DNA of 64,000 bases from Omnitrophica bacterium GWA2_41_15. Lineage in GTDB: Bacteria; Omnitrophota; Gorgyraeia; Gygaellales; UBA12090. The stretch lies in assembly GCA_919902675.1 (NCBI GenBank), contig CAKKRH010000012.1:16178-80177 (forward strand), given 5' to 3'. Positions within the stretch are counted from its first letter, which is position 1; every line of letters starts with the position of its first letter. The notes under the pieces were generated by a model that saw only the letters and a list, made by a program, of their open reading frames with translations, ran no database searches and was not told the origin of the DNA. Positions 61,751 through 64,000 of the stretch are shown in pieces. The position numbers and the translations under genes were made by a program.

Positions 61751-61972
61751 ATGCCTATCTACGAGTATCATTGCGATAAATGCGGCAGGGATTTTGAGTA
61801 TTTCCTGCGCGGCCAGTCGGAGAAAGTGGTTTGCTTGGCTTGTAATTCGGAAAAGATATCCCGCAAGGTCTCGGCATTCGCCTTTTATTCCAAGGGCTCC
61901 TCAGGCCCAGCCGTATCGGGTTCATCCTGTGCCGGATGCGTCGGGAGTAATTGCTCAACCTGCGTTCATTAG
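61751..61972 (+). CDS. FmdB-family zinc-ribbon protein
   Basis: MPIYEYHCDKCGRDFE...VVCLACNS is the canonical FmdB CxxC...CxxC N-terminus, followed by a Cys-rich tail. The ATG at 61751 is preferred. Confidence 0.8.
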   Translation: MPIYEYHCDKCGRDFEYFLRGQSEKVVCLACNSEKISRKVSAFAFYSKGSSGPAVSGSSCAGCVGSNCSTCVH

Positions 61973-63100
61973 ATGATCAATCGCGAGAGGCTGATAGCGT
62001 TAACCCAAAGGCTGATTCAGATAGATTCCCAAAATCCCCCGGGCAATGAGTTTGAGATTGTTAGATTTATCCGGGAGCATCTGGACAGTTTTGGCCTGAA
62101 ATCCAGGATTTATGAGTTTGCTAAAAACAGGCCGAATATTATCTGCTGCTTGAGGTCGGACAGCCTATACGCTAAGACTATTCTTATTAGTCCACATTTG
62201 GATACGGTTCCAGCTGGCGGAGGCTGGAAATATCCTCCTTTAAGGGGAGCAATTAAAGGTGGTAGGATTTACGGCCGGGGGGCAACAGATTGTAAGGGTA
62301 ATCTGGCCGCGGCCATCGAGGTTTTAAGCAGCCTGGTTGAGGATAAGGCCAAGATAAAAAACAATATCCTTTTTGCCGCTACCGCCGATGAGGAAACAGG
62401 CTCAGGGCTGGGGTTGATTCCTTTATTAAAGAAAAATATTTTAAAAGCGGATTACGCCCTTATCCTGGATTCGGATGAGTTTGATATAATAGTCGCCCAA
62501 AAAGGATTGATTCATTTTAAGGTCCGCCTGTTCGGGCGCAAGGCTCATGGGGCCTATCCCTCAAGAGGCATAAATGCCATAAATATCGCCAGCCGCGTAA
62601 TAGAGGATTTGGACGGTTATAAATTTAAATATAAAAGATACCCTCTTTTGCATCCTCCGACAATCAACGTCGGCACGATACGCGGCGGAGACAAAGTGAA
62701 TATGGTAGCGGATTGGTGCGAGTTTGAACTTGATGTGCGTTATCTGCCTGGGATGTCGGCCCAGAATATCCTGGGCGATTTTAAAAAAGTTATCGCCAAG
62801 AGGACAAAAAGATTCATCCTGAAGGTAGACGGGATTCAGAATCCTTACGAAATTGAGCGAAATCACGAGTTAGTCAGTTCTTTATTAAAAGTCTGGCGCA
62901 GACACAAAAAATCCGCCGGCCTGAAAGGTTCGGAAGGAGCCACAGTGATTACATTTTTTAAGGAAAAAGGGATTCCGGCGGTGGCCACCGGATTCGGCTC
63001 CCGGGAATGCGCCCACATCAATGATGAATATGTTAAAATTGAGAGCCTTTGCCGGGGGGCGCGGGCGCTGGAAGAGTTTTTAAAAGAAGGAATAAAATAG
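61973..63100 (+). CDS. M20-family metallopeptidase (ArgE/DapE-like deacylase)
   Basis: SPHLDTVP, GRGATDCKG and ADEETGS metal/catalytic motifs. 375 aa. Confidence 0.85.
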   Translation: MINRERLIALTQRLIQIDSQNPPGNEFEIVRFIREHLDSFGLKSRIYEFAKNRPNIICCLRSDSLYAKTILISPHLDTVPAGGGWKYPPLRGAIKGGRIYGRGATDCKGNLAAAIEVLSSLVEDKAKIKNNILFAATADEETGSGLGLIPLLKKNILKADYALILDSDEFDIIVAQKGLIHFKVRLFGRKAHGAYPSRGINAINIASRVIEDLDGYKFKYKRYPLLHPPTINVGTIRGGDKVNMVADWCEFELDVRYLPGMSAQNILGDFKKVIAKRTKRFILKVDGIQNPYEIERNHELVSSLLKVWRRHKKSAGLKGSEGATVITFFKEKGIPAVATGFGSRECAHINDEYVKIESLCRGARALEEFLKEGIK

Positions 63101-63106
63101 AGATAG

Positions 63107-63187
63107 AAAATAACCAATAACCAATTTCCAAATAACCAAATAATAATCAACCACTAATACCCAATTATCAAAGGCTTGATTATTTTT
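63107..63187. repeat. Degenerate heptamer array (CCAATAA family) plus a weak hairpin/T-run
   Basis: AAAATAA CCAATAA CCAATTT CCAAATA ACCAAAT AATAATC. AATAATCAA (63142-63150) pairs with TTGATTATT (63176-63184), followed by TTT. Confidence 0.6.
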
Positions 63188-63212
63188 ACAACAGAAAAGG
63201 AGATTTTTTAAG

Positions 63213-64000
63213 GTGAAAATTACTATATCATTGTCTAAAAAACCAAGATTGAGAAAACCGGTTTTGATCTGCGCCTGGCCGGGGATGGGAGAGGTGGCTT
63301 TTAAATTAGGATTATACTTAAGGGATAAACTTAAGATGGAGGAATTCGGGACATTGCTGGCTCCGGAGTTGTTTCCTCCCACGGGCATCTGGATTGAGAA
63401 TAATCTGGCGCAGCTGCCCAAGGCCGGAATCGGGAAATTTTATTTTTATAAGAATAAGGCCGGATCATCCGACTTGATTGTTTTTTTAAGCGATGCCCAG
63501 CCGCTTTTAGAGCACGCCTATGAATACTGCAAAAAAATACTTTTGACGGCTAAGGATTTAAAAGTCTATCGAATATTCAGCTTTGCCGCGATGCCTCAGC
63601 CGATTGACCATACCCTTGAATCCCAAGTCTGGTTTTGCGCCACTAATAAAAAGTTATTTGATGAATTGAACAGCCTTAATCTCGGACTGAAGACCCTTAG
63701 CTCCGGCCAGGTGAGCGGGCTTAACGGATTATTTTTAGGGGTAGCCAAAGAATTTGGTTTTGAAGGGGCCTGTTTTCTGGGCGAGATCCCTCTTTTTACT
63801 ATTCAGATGGATAATCCCAAGGCATCTTTAGCCATATTAAATAAACTTAGCCGTCTGTTAAGAATTGATATTGATGTCAGCGGTTTAGCCCAATCGGCCA
63901 AGCTAATGGAGCAGGAGATTGATAAGATCATTGAGTTTATTCAGCAGATTCCCTCTGAGATCGGGCCCGGCCCGATAGGCCAGGATGAGATTGATAAGAT
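63213..64000 (+). CDS. PAC2 (proteasome assembly chaperone-like, COG1938) family protein, 3'-truncated by window edge
   Basis: GTG start after an AAGGAG RBS. The frame stays open to the window end. VLICAWPGMGEVAF and SGLNGLFLG patterns match PAC2-family proteins. It is absent from the ORF track because it has no stop codon. Confidence 0.65.
   Translation, partial: MKITISLSKKPRLRKPVLICAWPGMGEVAFKLGLYLRDKLKMEEFGTLLAPELFPPTGIWIENNLAQLPKAGIGKFYFYKNKAGSSDLIVFLSDAQPLLEHAYEYCKKILLTAKDLKVYRIFSFAAMPQPIDHTLESQVWFCATNKKLFDELNSLNLGLKTLSSGQVSGLNGLFLGVAKEFGFEGACFLGEIPLFTIQMDNPKASLAILNKLSRLLRIDIDVSGLAQSAKLMEQEIDKIIEFIQQIPSEIGPGPIGQDEIDK

Noticed and set aside
63080-63421. 113-aa minus-strand ORF listed in the track.
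   Set aside because: It overlaps the heptamer-array spacer and the 5' end of the plus-strand PAC2-like frame, which stays open for 788 nt to the window edge and has an RBS.

Overview
This 64-kb window is mostly + strand and moderately AT-rich. It looks like an uncultivated diderm bacterium, because it encodes a secretin, an Omp85 barrel, a TonB_C domain and several PilZ proteins. An Omnitrophota-like candidate-phylum origin is only my inference from gene content. All protein calls rest on motif recognition by eye; no searches were run.

Backbone genes:
- gyrB' and gyrA, then tRNA-Glu and glmS.
- A Bacillus-order pyrimidine operon. It has a promoter, a PyrR-attenuator-like leader and two unknown ORFs, followed by pyrR-pyrB-pyrC-[endoQ-like]-[tRNA-Arg]-carA-[four-helix-bundle cassette]-carB-[fpg]-pyrK-pyrD-pyrF-[mazG-like].
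- tRNA-Val and tRNA-Asp.
- pabB and pabC, split by an AAA-ATPase gene plus an IS200/RAYT-like gene.
- An envelope operon encoding transglutaminase, TPR, M48 and PilZ proteins.
- hemW, era, and two minus-strand genes: a Ski2-like helicase and an AMP-ligase/ACP/acyltransferase fusion.

Observations most worth follow-up:
1. A pervasive family of short tandem arrays, typically 4 x 7 nt. As inverted pairs they bracket two 23S-IVS/Avd-family four-helix-bundle genes. They also form ORF-less hairpins, abut all four tRNA genes, and sit in frame inside pyrK (5 arrays), pyrD, carB and a 1149-aa secreted protein.
2. An AT-rich three-gene locus: an SCPU-like secreted subunit, a multi-beta-sandwich periplasmic protein, and a secretin fused to a TonB_C-like domain. 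It follows a long structured leader.
3. A 40-bp duplication of the glmS 3' coding end, differing only at synonymous positions, that brackets a single AAA+/DUF4143 ATPase gene.
4. A RAYT-like gene bracketed by perfect 19-bp inverted repeats.
5. Unusual fusions: M1 peptidase-Omp85, PGI-tRNA-binding domain, and STAS-PilZ.
6. A palindromic MITE-like element translated in frame inside pabB.

No CRISPR array, rRNA, integrase or Tn7-type genes were seen.
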